From NCBI GenBank assembly GCA_964016885.1, contig CAXHJY010000033.1, forward strand, positions 1-48,435: a stretch of 48,435 bases of DNA, given 5' to 3'. The stretch comes from Eledone cirrhosa. Taxonomy: Eukaryota. A program made the translations under genes and the position numbers. The number at the start of each line of letters is the position of its first letter. Within the stretch, counting starts at the first letter, position 1. Below, piece by piece: positions 14,253-28,291 of the stretch. The notes below the pieces were generated by a model, which was given only the letters and a program-made list of their open reading frames with translations, was not told where the DNA came from and ran no database searches.

Positions 14253-15802
14253 CAACGAAGGAAATGTGGTAAGGAACCAGATGGACCATACATGACGCAC
14301 CAAAGTACTCAATACTTAGTGTAGTAGAGTGGGTAATAGGAACGAGTAGGACCCCGACGGCTGAACTCAAGCCGTTTCGACGGCTAATTCTGGACTAAAT
14401 GAACATTTTTATCCTGGTATATGAATAGCCGAGCTTCTCAGGGGGAATTCCATATATGGTAAAAGTGATTGTCACAAGGATTGGTCAAAAGTTTGTTGTT
14501 GAGACACATAATTCTATCATGGCATTTTGTGGAAGGAAGGGGTAGCTGAACTTGCCAGTAGAAGAAAGAGGGAGAGGGAGTGGAGGAAACCCAGTCGTGC
14601 GTTGATAGTGCCAACTACAGCAGGATCTTAAGGATAAGAGTTCAAGAAAGTATATACTAGGGAGGGGGAGGGGAGGAAGTGGAAACAATATTTAAATCAA
14701 TATGGAGTAAATATAGAGAAGAATAATAAGAATGTTAAAAATATAAAAAAAACAATTTCTGGTTACTATTCCCCTTCCACAATCACCAAATCTCTCACTG
14801 GTACTGCTAAACTATAAAGTTTAATAGGTGGGACTGCTAAACTATAAAAGTTTAATAGGTGGGATGGAATACTAAATACGAGATTGTAGTGAAAGAATTT
14901 TATGAGTTAGTAGTAATCGTCCAAATCTATCTTACAGTGACAGGTCAACAAGTAGGGGGCCAAAATACTAAAGAAACTACTACGAAATATTAATTCAGAA
15001 TCCCGAAAATGAATACTAATACAATATATAAGGGTGCCGCTACGATACATAAATTCTAATACAAACTACATAAATGCTCGTACGATATATATAAAAACAT
15101 TGATAGGAAAAATTAATTCAGAACCCCCCCCCCCCCCCCCCCCCCCAAAAAAAATAATAAATACTGATATACGAGAAACTAAAGCACAGATACCACTAAG
15201 AAATCTAGAAAGCACGGAACTGGGGCAGCCATCGGCTAAGAAAGCATGTATCTGGGGTTGATCCCATCTGCTATAAAAAGCGGAGTCGGCCAATTCTATC
15301 ATAGAATAGTGGATGGGGTTGGGGTTACTGAGGCTACAAAGAACCGAAGGGCTGCCTCGGGGTGAGCGAGAAAGTGAAAAGAACGACGACAAAGAAGGTG
15401 AACTGGGGTGGAAGGACTAGGAAGGGATGGGGGGGGAGAAGGAAATATAGAGGAAACGATAAAAATATATATAAGAAAATCTTACGTCTACCTTTGTAAT
15501 CAAAGGTTACACATTACAATGTCGGCAAGTGGGGTGTTACAGCCCTTGTCTACCCCACTCCCTCTCCCTCTTTCTTCTACTGGCAAGTTCATCTACCCCT
15601 TCCTTCCACAAAATGCCATGATAGAATTATGTGTCTCAACAACAAACTTTTGACCAATCTTTTTTGACAATCACTTTTACCATATATAGAATTCCCCCTG
15701 AGAAGCTCGGCTATTCATGTACCAGGATAAAAATGTTCATTTAGTCCAGAATTAGCCGTCGAAACGGCTTGAGCTCAGCCGTCGGGGTCCTACTCGTTCC
15801 TA
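14253..15802. mobile_element. Long family A element: ~250-bp inverted repeats (14337-14583/15554-15802) around ~970 bp of non-coding body
   Basis: Arms match by inspection; (TA)n on both sides. Confidence 0.8.
15694..15787 (+). ncRNA. Hammerhead-like fold of family A with atypical core CTGAGAA
   Basis: CCCC-CTGAGAA-G..CGGCTA...TAGCCG.C-GAAAC GGCT tgagctc AGCC GTC-GGGG; mirror copy at ~14352-14444. Confidence 0.6.
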
Positions 15803-16090
15803 TATATACATATATATATATATGTACATATATATGAACCTCAGTATTGTAGAAGGGTCCAATGCATATTATTTCATTTTTTCTTATATATATATATATA
15901 TATATATGTGGGAAGAGATATATTAGATATGTCTCATTTGAAATAATACAGCCAATTTTCCACGCAATACGTTTAGTTAGCACCTCGAACACATAATTGG
16001 TAATATAAACACTTATTTCCTAATGTTTGTTGAGTGAGTTGGAATTTGGCCGGAGTATCGCTAAAAAGCTTTCTCCGATATTGTATTTAT

Positions 16091-16129
<39 letters not shown>

Positions 16130-16308
16130 CTGTGTGTGTGTGTATGTATACATATATTATTTATTTGTGTGTGTGTGTGTATGTATACATATATTATTTA
16201 TTTGTGTGTGTTTGCGTGTTTATTTATATAAATATGTATGTATGCATGTGTGTATGTATATATGTATGTATGTACATGTGTATGTATGTATGTGCATATG
16301 TATGTGTG

Positions 16309-16342
<34 letters not shown>

Positions 16343-16345
<3 letters not shown>

Positions 16346-16483
16346 CGAAGGAAATGTGGTAAGGAACCAGATGGACCATAACGCACCAAAGTACTCAATA
16401 CTTAGGGTAGTAGAGTGGCTAATAGTCCAGAATTAGCCGTCGAAACGGCTTGAGCTCAGCCGTCGGTGTCCTACTCGTTCCTA
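16343..16483. mobile_element. Family A element with internal inversion
   Basis: 16343-16422 in one orientation joined to 16423-16483 in the other; in (TA)n. Confidence 0.8.
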
Positions 16484-16889
16484 TATATATATATATGTGC
16501 TGTACAATGAAAACAAGCCCAAATTTACTGTTCACTATTTTACGATCGTTTCAGAATTCCATTGGTCAAGAAAACTCGCTAAACTGACTAATCGATAATA
16601 ATTATGTAACACCATATTATTCGTTTTGATTTCGATAATATAGTTCTATCTAATCGTGTATAAGCAGGAGAAACATCATTCAATTCATAAAGTATGGTTT
16701 ATATGTCTGTGTGTGTGAGTACGTGTGCTTATTGGTGGGTCTATGTACGTGCGTGTATACGTGCGCATGTGTGTGTGTGTGTGTGTGTGTGTATGCGCCT
16801 GTCTGTGTGTGTGTGTATATGCGTCTGTGTGTGTGTGAGAGAGTGTGTGTGCGTGCGTGTGTGCGTGTGGGTGTCTGTGTGTGTGAGTG

Positions 16890-16922
<33 letters not shown>

Positions 16923-17226
16923 ATGTGTGTATGAATGAGAGAGAATGTGTGTCTGTGTGTGTGAGTGTGTACGTGCGTGTGTGAGTGTGTGTGTATGCGG
17001 TGTGTGTGTGTGTGTATCGACTTCACCATCTGTTATCCACTCTGATTCAGCTTCCTAAAAGCAAGTTTTAAAATGTCTTCCCCCAGAGAAGCACCAACAC
17101 AAGACCATTGCCGTTACCACCGCCTTCTACACAACATACATTAACACTACCATCATAAACCCCAACAGCACGCCACCATCATTGTTTCAGGAGAGGGCTG
17201 AACTCTTGCTGGGGAAACGTTTGTCT

Positions 17227-17455
17227 CTTCTTCTTCTTCTTCTTCTTCTTCTTCTTCTTCTTCTTCTTCTTCTTCTTCTTCTTCTTTTTCTTTCTTTCTT
17301 TCTTTCTTTCTTCTTCTTCTTATTTTTCTTCTTCTTCTTCTTCTTCTTCTTCTTCTTCTTCTTCTTCTTCTTCTTCTTCTTCTTCTTCTTCTTCTTCTTC
17401 TTCTTCTTCTTCTTTTTCTTCTTGTTCAATATTCTTCCTCTTCTTCTTTCTTTCT

Positions 17456-17502
<47 letters not shown>

Positions 17503-17600
17503 TTCTTCTTCTTCTTCTTCTTCTTCTTCTTCTTCTTCTTCTTCTTCTTCTTCTTCTTCTTCTTCTTCTTCTTCTTCTTCTTCTTCTTCTTCTCCTTCTT
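17227..17600. repeat. (CTT)n microsatellite
   Basis: Directly visible. Confidence 0.97.
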
Positions 17601-17733
17601 CAGCAGCAGTTTATATATTTTTCAATTTGTTTTTTACGTTTTTCCTTATCACCACGTCCTCCAACACCACCACCACCTTGCCAGCCCCTCAAGTACTCTT
17701 CAGTATTACAACTAGCATCACATCACATCATAT

Positions 17734-17856
17734 AATTGTTTCTACTTTAGGCACAAGGCCAGCAAATTACCCAGTGCATTACTGGTACTTTATTTTATCG
17801 ACCCCGTAAGGATGAAAGCCAAAGTAAACCTCGGCGGGATTTGAACTCAGAATGGC
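17734..17856 (-). mobile_element. 5'-truncated OR-like SINE
   Basis: Match to family. Confidence 0.8.
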
Positions 17857-18008
17857 ATCATATAATATTACACAGTCACATCACAACCATCAGCACGGCC
17901 ATCAGAAACATTAGAGCAACTACTACCATAAACCATTTTAACCCACCATCATCACTAATAGAAGCATCATTAACAGTACACACACCCCTGCACACACACA
18001 CTCACACA

Positions 18009-18054
<46 letters not shown>

Positions 18055-18107
18055 CGGTGTGGGAGGCTTAAAGTAGTAGGCCGTTTGAGCACTATATATA
18101 GTAATAA

Positions 18108-19089
18108 CTAGCAGAAGGGTCCGGCGTTGCTCGGGAGTTGCTCTAGGGTTCTTATATATTAGATATATAATTATCCTTATCGAACCTCGTGAAATAAATA
18201 TGTTTGTTTATATTTATTATTGTGTATGCAAAAATATCTGTACACGAATTTATAATTATATATATATATATATATTTGCAGAAACCTAGCGCTTATGTTG
18301 TATGCTGTATGTGATGTATATCGTATGCTATACGATATGCATTATATGTTGCATTCGGTCTCACCGTTATGTCCAGGTCAGTCTAAAATCTTTTCCTGAG
18401 TCCAACCATTCTCGTTGCTGTGGTAATGCGGCTGGACTGCCGTTCGTTATATTTGATTTGCTAAGCTGTCTAAACATATTGTTATTACTCTGGGGTAGAC
18501 TTCCCTATTGAGTGCTAAAACTACATACCAAATTTGCATTCGTTAGCTTGGCCGCAAACTAAAGCTTCGTTAGTGCTGCACTAAAATTTGTATATATATA
18601 AATAAATATATATATATATTAAAATAACAGATTAAATTTTAAACAAAGAATCGCTGCTTTCACCCTTAACGGGATCTTCTGAAACTAAAAAAATCAATCT
18701 GTGAACGCAGAAGTAAATATTTCGAAAAACGTTACACACTATTTATATATATACACACACTATATATACATATATATACACACACACATTTAGCGTCATA
18801 ATGTCGCAATGCAGACAGCCAGACATACAGACAGATATTATAAGGCAGAAACGTTATATCTATGTATCTATCTAAAAAGAATGACCAAGAATTATATAGA
18901 GAGATCGCTAAATCGCCTAATACGGTCACCAGGGCATTGAACATTCAAAATTCTTTTGCTCAAAACACGCACAGGACTATAAGTATTGCATGTGTAAAAT
19001 TTTAAAACAATCGTTTGGGTGGTTCTCAAGTTTTAGGGAGTCAGGCAGACAGATAGACAGACAGATATTCTCTGTTTTAGAAATATAGA
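18108..19089 (-). mobile_element. Non-autonomous Helitron (possibly composite)
   Basis: Minus strand starts TCTATATTTCTAAAACAGAG..TGTCTGTC and ends CCCGAGCAACGCCGG..GCTAG; rejoined flanks match the empty repeat at 47322-47354. Confidence 0.75.
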
Positions 19090-19098
19090 TAAATGTGA

Positions 19099-19160
<62 letters not shown>

Positions 19161-19398
19161 CCTTATCGAGCCCTCTTCGGACTTTAGTCTTCACATTTAT
19201 CTATATATATTTATATATATTCGTTAGCAGTTTTAAAGTAGTGAATGGTCTTCTAAATGTTTTTAATTAAACATACGGTATATTGCCAAATACACTATAC
19301 ATACATTCATATATATATATATAATATGTGTAAGCCAAACATATTAAAGTTGATTTCGTTTATTCTAAACAACCAACACATACTCAACGTAACTGTTG

Positions 19399-19492
<94 letters not shown>

Positions 19493-20153
19493 ACAGTTAC
19501 GGCTAATAAAAAATAACCTTCACCATCAAGAAATACATTGTCACTAGAAATGTTTCCATATCATCTTCATATTAAATTCCACCTATCTTAAAATATAAAG
19601 GGAGGGCATATTTAATATTGTATTACTATATACACTGATTCAATGGACGGTTGAGTTGTTACGGCAGGGACATGTTTGATCATACCTCTGCTGGTTCACG
19701 TGGGAATGAGCTTTAAATAGCAATAAAAACAACGATATCAACACAACAATTAACTATAGCAGATGCAACAATATTAACATTAACTACAATATCAAGTTAT
19801 GCAATGGCAAAAGCGTCACCACTAACAGCAAGAACAACAAATATCGGCACAAACAACGCCAAGAAGAACAAATATTATCAACAACGTCTCCAAATCTACA
19901 CCGATCTTCTCAGAAAAAAATATTGTTTTACCTCGCCATTTTTTTTTCAGTTTTTTTTACGTGATTCAATATTGCATATATTCTTGCCGAATTGACAAGA
20001 AGTCTTTACGAAGTTCTTTCAAGAGTTAAAATTATTAACTAAATCTTTTTGTCAAACTTTATTGAACAGAGGTTGGAGTTTATTGAAGACTGGTTTCATT
20101 TTGCAGTCCTTTTTTTTTAATATCATTATCAGGAATGGAAGTGTAGTGCTCAC

Positions 20154-20267
20154 GAACATTTTCAGGACCTCAAAGACAAGTTGGAATAAGGCAGGTATCC
20201 TCAAACTACAGTTTGGGCCCAAATGCATGCAACACAAGGATGTCCTTGAAAGGCACCCAATATATAA
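20154..20267 (-). CDS. Candidate coding exon of the membrane-protein gene
   Basis: TTTTATAACCAG acceptor, GTGAGC donor, 114 nt phase 0/0, LYIGCLSRTSLCCMHLGPNCSLRIPALFQLVFEVLKMF; frame continues as VSTTLPFLIMIL. Confidence 0.3.
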
Positions 20268-20693
20268 CTGGTTATAAAATAGGTGAAATATTAAGTCTAC
20301 CAATAAAGTAGTTCGTCAGTTTCGAACTCAAGAGAAAAAATACAGGAACAAATAACGTAAGAAGCAGCTCCTTAACAGTTCCATCAATCCACCACTCACG
20401 GCTGCTACATAATTTTATCGATCCTAGCAGAATGAATACAAAGTTGATGTCAGTGGAATTTGAACTCAGAAGGAAAAGAACCGTTATAAATAAAACAAGG
20501 CATTTCATCCGATGCTATCTATCACAATCAATGCCTTCAACAGCACAAGTATACAAACACTGACAACAACGCCAACCATGACCATCAACACACACAACCA
20601 CAAACACCACACTGCCGCAACCAGCATTACAACCACAAACAGCATTATCTACATCACCAACATTACCACCACCAACCACCACCTTCTTCTTCC

Positions 20694-20752
<59 letters not shown>

Positions 20753-20858
20753 ATCGCCCTTTTTTTCATTCATTATGGAAAGTCTCGTGTCTCGACACAG
20801 TTATGACAATAGCAACGGATGACCATTAAACTACTAAACAGAAGCTGCAAACAGAGAA

Positions 20859-21433
<575 letters not shown>

Positions 21434-22121
21434 TAGAGATAGACAGATGACAGACATATAAGTAGGTATAAAAAAAAAAAACCTGACAGACTAACAGACA
21501 GACAATTAGTGCAGCATCTAGTAAAAGCAAAACTGGAAATAAAACAAAACAGACCAACAAAGAAAAAAAAATTAAATTTAAAAAAAATGACGGACTAGAG
21601 ATGAATGAGTGTGCTTCAACACAAAAATGATTAGTAAAATTGTCAAATTTCTTATATTGAACACATATGGTTCTTAAACTCGAGAATTTCTTCCTTTAGG
21701 GTGTTTGATTCGACCCACGTTCTGAGTCATTAAAGGGTTTAACAAGCTGGTGGTTTTATTTGCGGACTCAACAGGAGAGGGAGGCAGAAATGGGTTGTAG
21801 TTTTTGTTTTGTTATTTACTCAACTAAAATCTGACCGTTCCTTCTTCTTAAAGAACAATAATGAAAAGAGGAGAAAGACATTGATGATATATATATATAT
21901 CCTTCATAGAAGCCTCATTCGTATAGCCTGGTCTATTCGATTTTTTATATAGTTAATTATGTTAATTGGGAGAGGAAATAGTATATATTTTATCTTGTGA
22001 TTCTATAGACATGTTTTATGATATATAGCTCTGATTGTTTAATTTATTAATTTTTCATTGAGCCACAAAGTGACTAGTTGCAAAACACGTATATGTATGT
22101 GTATGTATATATATATGTAAA

Positions 22122-22182
<61 letters not shown>

Positions 22183-22185
<3 letters not shown>

Positions 22186-22352
22186 AAAAAAATATGAAAT
22201 CGAAAATGCAACTGGAGTCTTATTTAAAAATATATATATATATTTATTTGGTTCCTTTCCCGGTTTCGCAGTTCTTCTGCTTTTCAAAAGTAGAGTTGAG
22301 ATGGAGGGTCTGTCGTTTTTCTCACATGTGAGATGTGAGAAAAACCACAGAC
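22183..22352 (-). mobile_element. Family B copy
   Basis: Matches 2660-2800; hammerhead motif present but the cleavage triplet is mutated to GGA. Confidence 0.75.
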
Positions 22353-22421
22353 TGAATAAAACTAAATGATGTAATAATTATTGTTCATTTTTCCTTTACC
22401 ACCGTTATTTTTCTTCGTCTC

Positions 22422-22461
<40 letters not shown>

Positions 22462-22713
22462 TATATATAGATGTAAGTATATATATATAAATATATATAT
22501 AGATGTATGTATGTACGTCTGTATACATATATGTATGTACATACATATATGTATACAGACGTACAGTAGCATGCATATTTATATATATATATACATATAT
22601 ATACATACAGGTACACTGAACTCACTCAATATGCAAATTAGGCTGCTCAGCCGTTAATTTTCATAAGGAAAGTATATACTTTCGAACGTTCAACCATCTG
22701 GCAGAAGGGTATA

Positions 22714-22754
22714 CGGTGCTGATGATAGCTAACAAGCTTGAAACTAGTACATCG
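22714..22754 (+). ncRNA. Type I minimal hammerhead (family C unit 1)
   Basis: CGGTG-CTGATGA-T AGCT aaca AGCT T-GAAAC TA GTA-CATCG. Confidence 0.85.
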
Positions 22755-22905
22755 TTCCTGTGTCAGTGTTGAACAAAAAGTTGACGTGGTTGCCTTAACA
22801 CCGTACGGCATAAATTCAGGCTGTCAGTTTGTTTACAAACGGACAAAGCGGGCGTTATAATAAACGTCCACTAAACTGATACGTACATATATGTATGTGT
22901 ACCTG

Positions 22906-22963
<58 letters not shown>

Positions 22964-23200
22964 TGCTACTGTACGTCTGTATACATATATGTATGTACTT
23001 ATACATACATACTTACATTTAAGTAAGTGCCGTACTAAGAGTGAGAAATGAAATTTCGTTTTCATTTTATTACAACTTATCGTTTTCGGTGCGCCTGGCC
23101 GACTGAACTCACTCCATATGCAAATTAGGCTGCTCAGCCGTTAATTTTCATAAGGAAAGTATATACTTTCTAACGTTCATCCATCTGGCAGAAGGGTATA

Positions 23201-23240
23201 CGGTGCTGATGATAGCAAAGAAGCTTGAAACTAGTACATC
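23201..23240 (+). ncRNA. Type I minimal hammerhead (family C unit 2)
   Basis: CGGTG-CTGATGA-TAGC..GCTT-GAAACTAGTA-CATC. Confidence 0.8.
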
Positions 23241-23659
23241 TTTCCTGTGTCAGTGTTGAACAAAAAGGTGACGTGGTTGCCTTAACACCGTACGGCATAA
23301 ATTCAGGCTGTCAGTTTGTTTACAAACGGACAAAGCGGGCGTTATAATAAACGTTCGCTAAACTGATACGTACATATATGTATGTGTAACTGTATGTATA
23401 TATATGTATATATATATATGCATGCTACTGTACATCTGTATACATATATGTATGTACGTATACATACATACTTACATTTAAGTAAGTGCCGTACTAAGAG
23501 TGAGAAATGAAATTTCGTTTTCATTTAATTACAACTTATCGTTTTCAGTGCGCCTGGCCGACTGAACTCACTCGATATGCAAATTAGGCTGCTCAGCCGT
23601 TAATTTTCATAAGGAAAGTATATACTTTCGAACGTTCAACCATCTGGTAGATGGGTATG

Positions 23660-23700
23660 CGGTGCTGATGATAGCTAAGAAGCTTGAAACTAGTACATCG
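23660..23700 (+). ncRNA. Type I minimal hammerhead (family C unit 3)
   Basis: CGGTG-CTGATGA-TAGCT aaga AGCTT-GAAACTAGTA-CATCG. Confidence 0.85.
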
Positions 23701-23853
23701 TTCCTGTGTCAGTGTTGAACAAAAAGGTGACGTGGTTGCCTTAACACTGTACGGCATAAATTCAGGCTTTGTTTACAAACGGACAAAGCGGGCGTTATAA
23801 TAAACGTCCGCTAAACTGATACGTACATATATGTATGTGTACCTGTATGTATA

Positions 23854-23897
<44 letters not shown>

Positions 23898-24009
23898 TGC
23901 TACTGTACGTCTGTATACATATATGTATGTACGTATACATACATACTTACATTTAAGTAAGTGCCGTACTAAGAGTGAGAAATGAAATTTCGTTTTCATT
24001 TTATTTCAA

Positions 24010-24117
<108 letters not shown>

Positions 24118-24184
24118 AATAAATATATATATAAGAAAAGAAACGAACAAAAATATCGGTGGTAAAAGAAAAATGAACGATAAC

Positions 24185-27100
24185 GGAAGAGGGGCCGGAA
24201 CTGTTTGGGATGCGGCTGCTTCCACCACCTCACCTGCGTTGGCTTGACTCGTCGAGCTTCCAATGCCCTCGCAGCCTGGAGGTGCAGGAGCTGCCTCTTC
24301 TCCACGTCTTCCCAGCCACAGCCGTCTGGCATACCACCAGATGGGACAGCGAGCTTGCCTGCCGCCCGAGCCTGGCTGGTCAACTTCGCTCGGCTCAGGC
24401 GGCTCCGGAAGATCCCACTCAGGATCCTGAGAGCGGCACGGGTGCCAGTAGCGGATGCCCTCGCTTCCTCGATTGAGAGCACCCTGGACTCCAATCGAGC
24501 CAGGGACTGGGAGGGGCTGTTCTATTTCGCCCCACTCGCCCTCGGCCTTCCCAGCTCTGGCCCTGATCGGGGCGGCCGGTCAACAGCAGCCTTCGTCAAT
24601 GCCAATGTCTCGTGATTTGGGCCAGCGCCCATTCCAAGCGTGCCCAGGGACGCCACACACCCACCATCAGGTAACCCCTATCCTCCACCCCCGGGGCCAT
24701 CGCCAAGCGTTTGCGTGACCAGGTAAACGCAAAGCTTATCATGGGTGATGTCTCGGCCGCAGTCAGAGTCGTTGCCTCAGAGGACACTGTCCTCCAACCC
24801 ACCGAGGAGATCCTGGCTGCTCTGCGGCTCAAACACCCTGAGCCACCCACTGATCTCAGACCCATACCCCCACCCGACCGCCAGCTGCTCCTTGTGGCTA
24901 CTGATGCAGATATCATGTCCGGCATTAGGTCCTTCCCAGCTAGCAGCTGCGGAGGTGTTGATGGTCTCCGACCAGGCCACCTCCAAGAGGTGACATCCCC
25001 CTCTCCGCTGAGGCCGGGCGCCGCCTTCTGAGTGCAATTGTGGCACGCACCAATAGGCTCATTCATGGTGCCCTCGACCTTTACGCCCGAAGCCTTTTTT
25101 TTTCGGCCAGCCTCACCTCTCTTAGGAAGAAAGAGGGTGGCATACGCCGCGTTGCTGTGGGCAATGTCTTCCGGAGGCTGGCTGCCAAGGTGATCTGGAA
25201 TTCTGTCACACACGAACTGGGTGAGGAGTTTAGTCCTGTGCAACTGGGTGTCGGCGTGTCCGGTGTCTGTGATGGAGCCTCTCATGCAATCAGGCAGTTC
25301 TACAGCAGCTGCCCATCGGTACGGGCATCCAGGGACTCCAGGCACCTCATTGTCAAGCTTGACATTAGGAATGCTTTTAACTCTTTACGCCGGGATCATC
25401 TGGTTGAGGCCTGTCTCAGCCGAGCCCCCTCTGCCTACCCGCTGGCCTACCTGTCATATGGAGCCCCGAGCATGCTCCTAGCTGCTGATACGGTCATACC
25501 CTCGGCTACTGGGATCCAACAGGGCGACCCTTTGGGATCCCTCCTGTTCGCTCTTGGTATTGACCACATCGCCTGGAGTATCACGCCCCTCTCAACGTTT
25601 GGCATCTGGATGATGCTACGTTGGGCGGGCCCGTACGGACGGTCTGCCAAAACCTTCAATTGGTGAGTCCTTCCCTGGCGGGAATCGGCCTCAAGGTCTA
25701 CTTGGCCAAGTCGGAGATGGTGAACGTCAGCCTCGATGCTGCGAGCTTTGCAGCCTCCGTCTTGGACATGCGGACCATTCTCCGCCAGGTTCAGGTGACC
25801 CCCCAAAGAGGATGTCCTCATCCTCGGGTCACCGATCCACCCGTCGGCCATCCGCTCCACCATCAGGTCCAGGCTTCAACAGCTCCAGACTCTCACGAGC
25901 CGACTGGGCTTGATTAACGGCCACCTAGCTCTCTTTATGGTGAGGAACTGCTTCGCCAAGCCGAAGCTCCTCTATACACTCCGCAGCGCTCCATGCTACA
26001 CCCAGACATCTCTTCTCGCTGACCTCGATACTTGTATCCGAGCAGCAGCCGTGGGGATATGCAACGTCAGGTTTGACGACATAGGGTGGCAACAGGCCAA
26101 TTTACCGGTCAGGTATGGCGGCCTAGGCCTCCGATCCCCGATCTCACTAGCTTAACCGGCGTATCTTTCGTCGGTAACCTCGTGCTGCGTCCTCGTCAGC
26201 AGGGTTTTCAAAACACAACAGAACCCTCTGTGTTCAGAGAACGTGAGGCCGCCTGTGAGACGTGGGACCGGCTTGGACTTAGCCCAGTAGACGTCCCTCC
26301 TCCTTCTTCCCCTGTTGACGTCAAGTCCCCCCAACGCACTTGGGATGCCATCCAGTGCAGCCTGGCCTCAGACAGGCTCACGCGCCAGCTCGACCAGCAC
26401 CGCCTTGCTTGTTTTCGTGCGGCCTCCAAATCCCACAGTGGTGCCGGGCTCCATGCTCTGCTCTCCTTCTCCACTGGCACGCAGCTAGACAACCATAGCC
26501 TGCGAATCGGCATTTCCCTGAGGCTCGGCCTCCGGATCTGCCAGCCACACCAAGTCGCTGCGGTTCCACCGTGGACTCTTTCGGCCTCCATCCGCTTTCC
26601 TGTCGCCACATTACTGTCCGCATTCCACGCCATTCTTCCTTCAACGAGGTCATTAAGCACGGCTTGGACGCTGCAGCCTTCCCTTCCCAGCTCGAGCCTG
26701 TGGGGCTGGATCGAGGGGACGACAAAAGGCCAGATGGCATGACCATCTTCCCGTTCCGCGGTGGCAAACCCCTCGTCTGGGATGCCACTTGCACCGACAC
26801 TCTGCAGCCGCAACCTGGTGCAGTCTGCGACTGACCCAAGTTCTGCTGATATCTCCTGAAATACCGGTCGCTCTCCGACAGGTTTGCGGTGGTTCCCCTG
26901 GCAGTGGAAACTTCTGGTGTCCTCGGCCCCAGGGCTACCTCCTTACTCACCACCATAGGCGCTGAGCTGGCCAGCCGCAGGTGTGAGCCCCGCTAGTTGG
27001 AGTGGCTTTTCCAGCGCGTCTTCCTTGCCGTCATCCGGGGAAACGCCTTCTCCATTCTGTCCGCCGGGGCCGTGGGTGGGCCCCATTGCGTACCAATACA

Positions 27101-27230
27101 TTAGTTAAATACCATTCTTCCATCGGTACACCTATGTGATTGTAAATATTTGGCCTTTTTTTTACAAACACAAAAATATGTGAATGATCTGATACAAGCT
27201 TCACCCTATATTATTACATTATTTAGTTTT
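24185..27230 (+). mobile_element. Decayed CRE-clade non-LTR retrotransposon (PHD-like finger, RT, restriction-like endonuclease)
   Basis: FHHLTCVGL..WRCRSC; GVDGLRPGHL; KKEGGIRRVAVGNVFRRL; QLGVG; KLDIRNAFNS; GIQQGDPLG; frameshifted WHLDD; LPVRYGGLGLR; RH..N; KRPDG..VWDATC; PLAVETSG; several stops and frameshifts. Confidence 0.9.
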
Positions 27231-27235
27231 ATTCA

Positions 27236-27592
27236 GGGTGATGGATTGGCCGTATCGTTACAGCGTCAGACACTATGCTTTGCTGCATAGAGTTATGGCA
27301 CTTTACGTTCTGAATTCAATTCCTGCCGAGACTCCATTTGCTCATATTAGTGAGAGGTGGGGAGGCGAGAAGGATGGAGGCGATGGCAGTGGGGATTTAC
27401 ACTTTTTATTCTATTTGCAGCATAGTGTTACGGCCCTTTACGGTCTAAGCTGAAATCCCACCGAGGTTAGCTTTGAATATCATTCGTACGTGGTTGATTA
27501 AATAAAGTATCAGTAATGCACTGGAGGTGATTTAATCGACATTCCTCCTCACCCAAAATTGCTGGCCTTGTGCCTATAGAGGAAATTATTAT
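27236..27592 (+). mobile_element. Degenerate OR-like SINE(s), partial head duplication
   Basis: Two SINE heads and one tail. Confidence 0.7.
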
Positions 27593-27887
27593 TAAGTATT
27601 ATTCCCTACAAATCTTTATTACTATATTTCTGCCAAAATACATTGAAAACAATCAACAATTTAAAAAGCTTTACTAAAATAACTATATCCGTTAATTTGG
27701 TGTTTCGTATTCAACAAAAATATTTTACTTATAATTAAGATGGAAGACTTAATTTAGACATGAACACTAACACAGTCAGTTTTATCACTCACTGAATCAG
27801 GATCGCTTTCAGGTGTGCTGTATGTGTTGTATGTGTGTGTGTGTGTGTGTACACACACACACACGGGCGTGTATATACATATATATA

Positions 27888-28044
27888 CGAGGGCTGGCTT
27901 AAAAGTTCATACGCTGATGAAGAGGGTTTGATTCTGGAGCTGTGAAATTTTGCATGGATTAACTTCAATTCTTCTTATCAATAATTACAGTTTCTCTCTA
28001 TGAGAGTATCTTGGTCATCCTTTGAACTTTTCAGTCGACCCTGG
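27888..28044. mobile_element. Mariner-type MITE
   Basis: Imperfect TIRs CGAGGGCTGGCTTAAAAGTTCA / TGAACTTTTCAGTCGACCCTGG flanked by TA. Confidence 0.7.
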
Positions 28045-28144
28045 TATGTATATATATATTTATATATATATATATTTATATATAAATATTTATTAAAGTT
28101 TAAGGGTGAAAGCAGAGGTTATTTGCTTAAACTTTAATCTGTTA

Positions 28145-28206
<62 letters not shown>

Positions 28207-28211
28207 TATAC

Positions 28212-28248
<37 letters not shown>

Positions 28249-28291
28249 CATACATACATATGCATAGATAAGTACGTACATACATTTAAAC

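Noticed and set aside
18645-18690. Hammerhead-like CAGAAGA-CCC/GGG-GAAA on the minus strand
   Set aside because: Core mutated, no NUH triplet or stem I
24596-26956. Long minus-strand ORFs in the GC-rich block
   Set aside because: Antisense shadows of the CRE retrotransposon ORF
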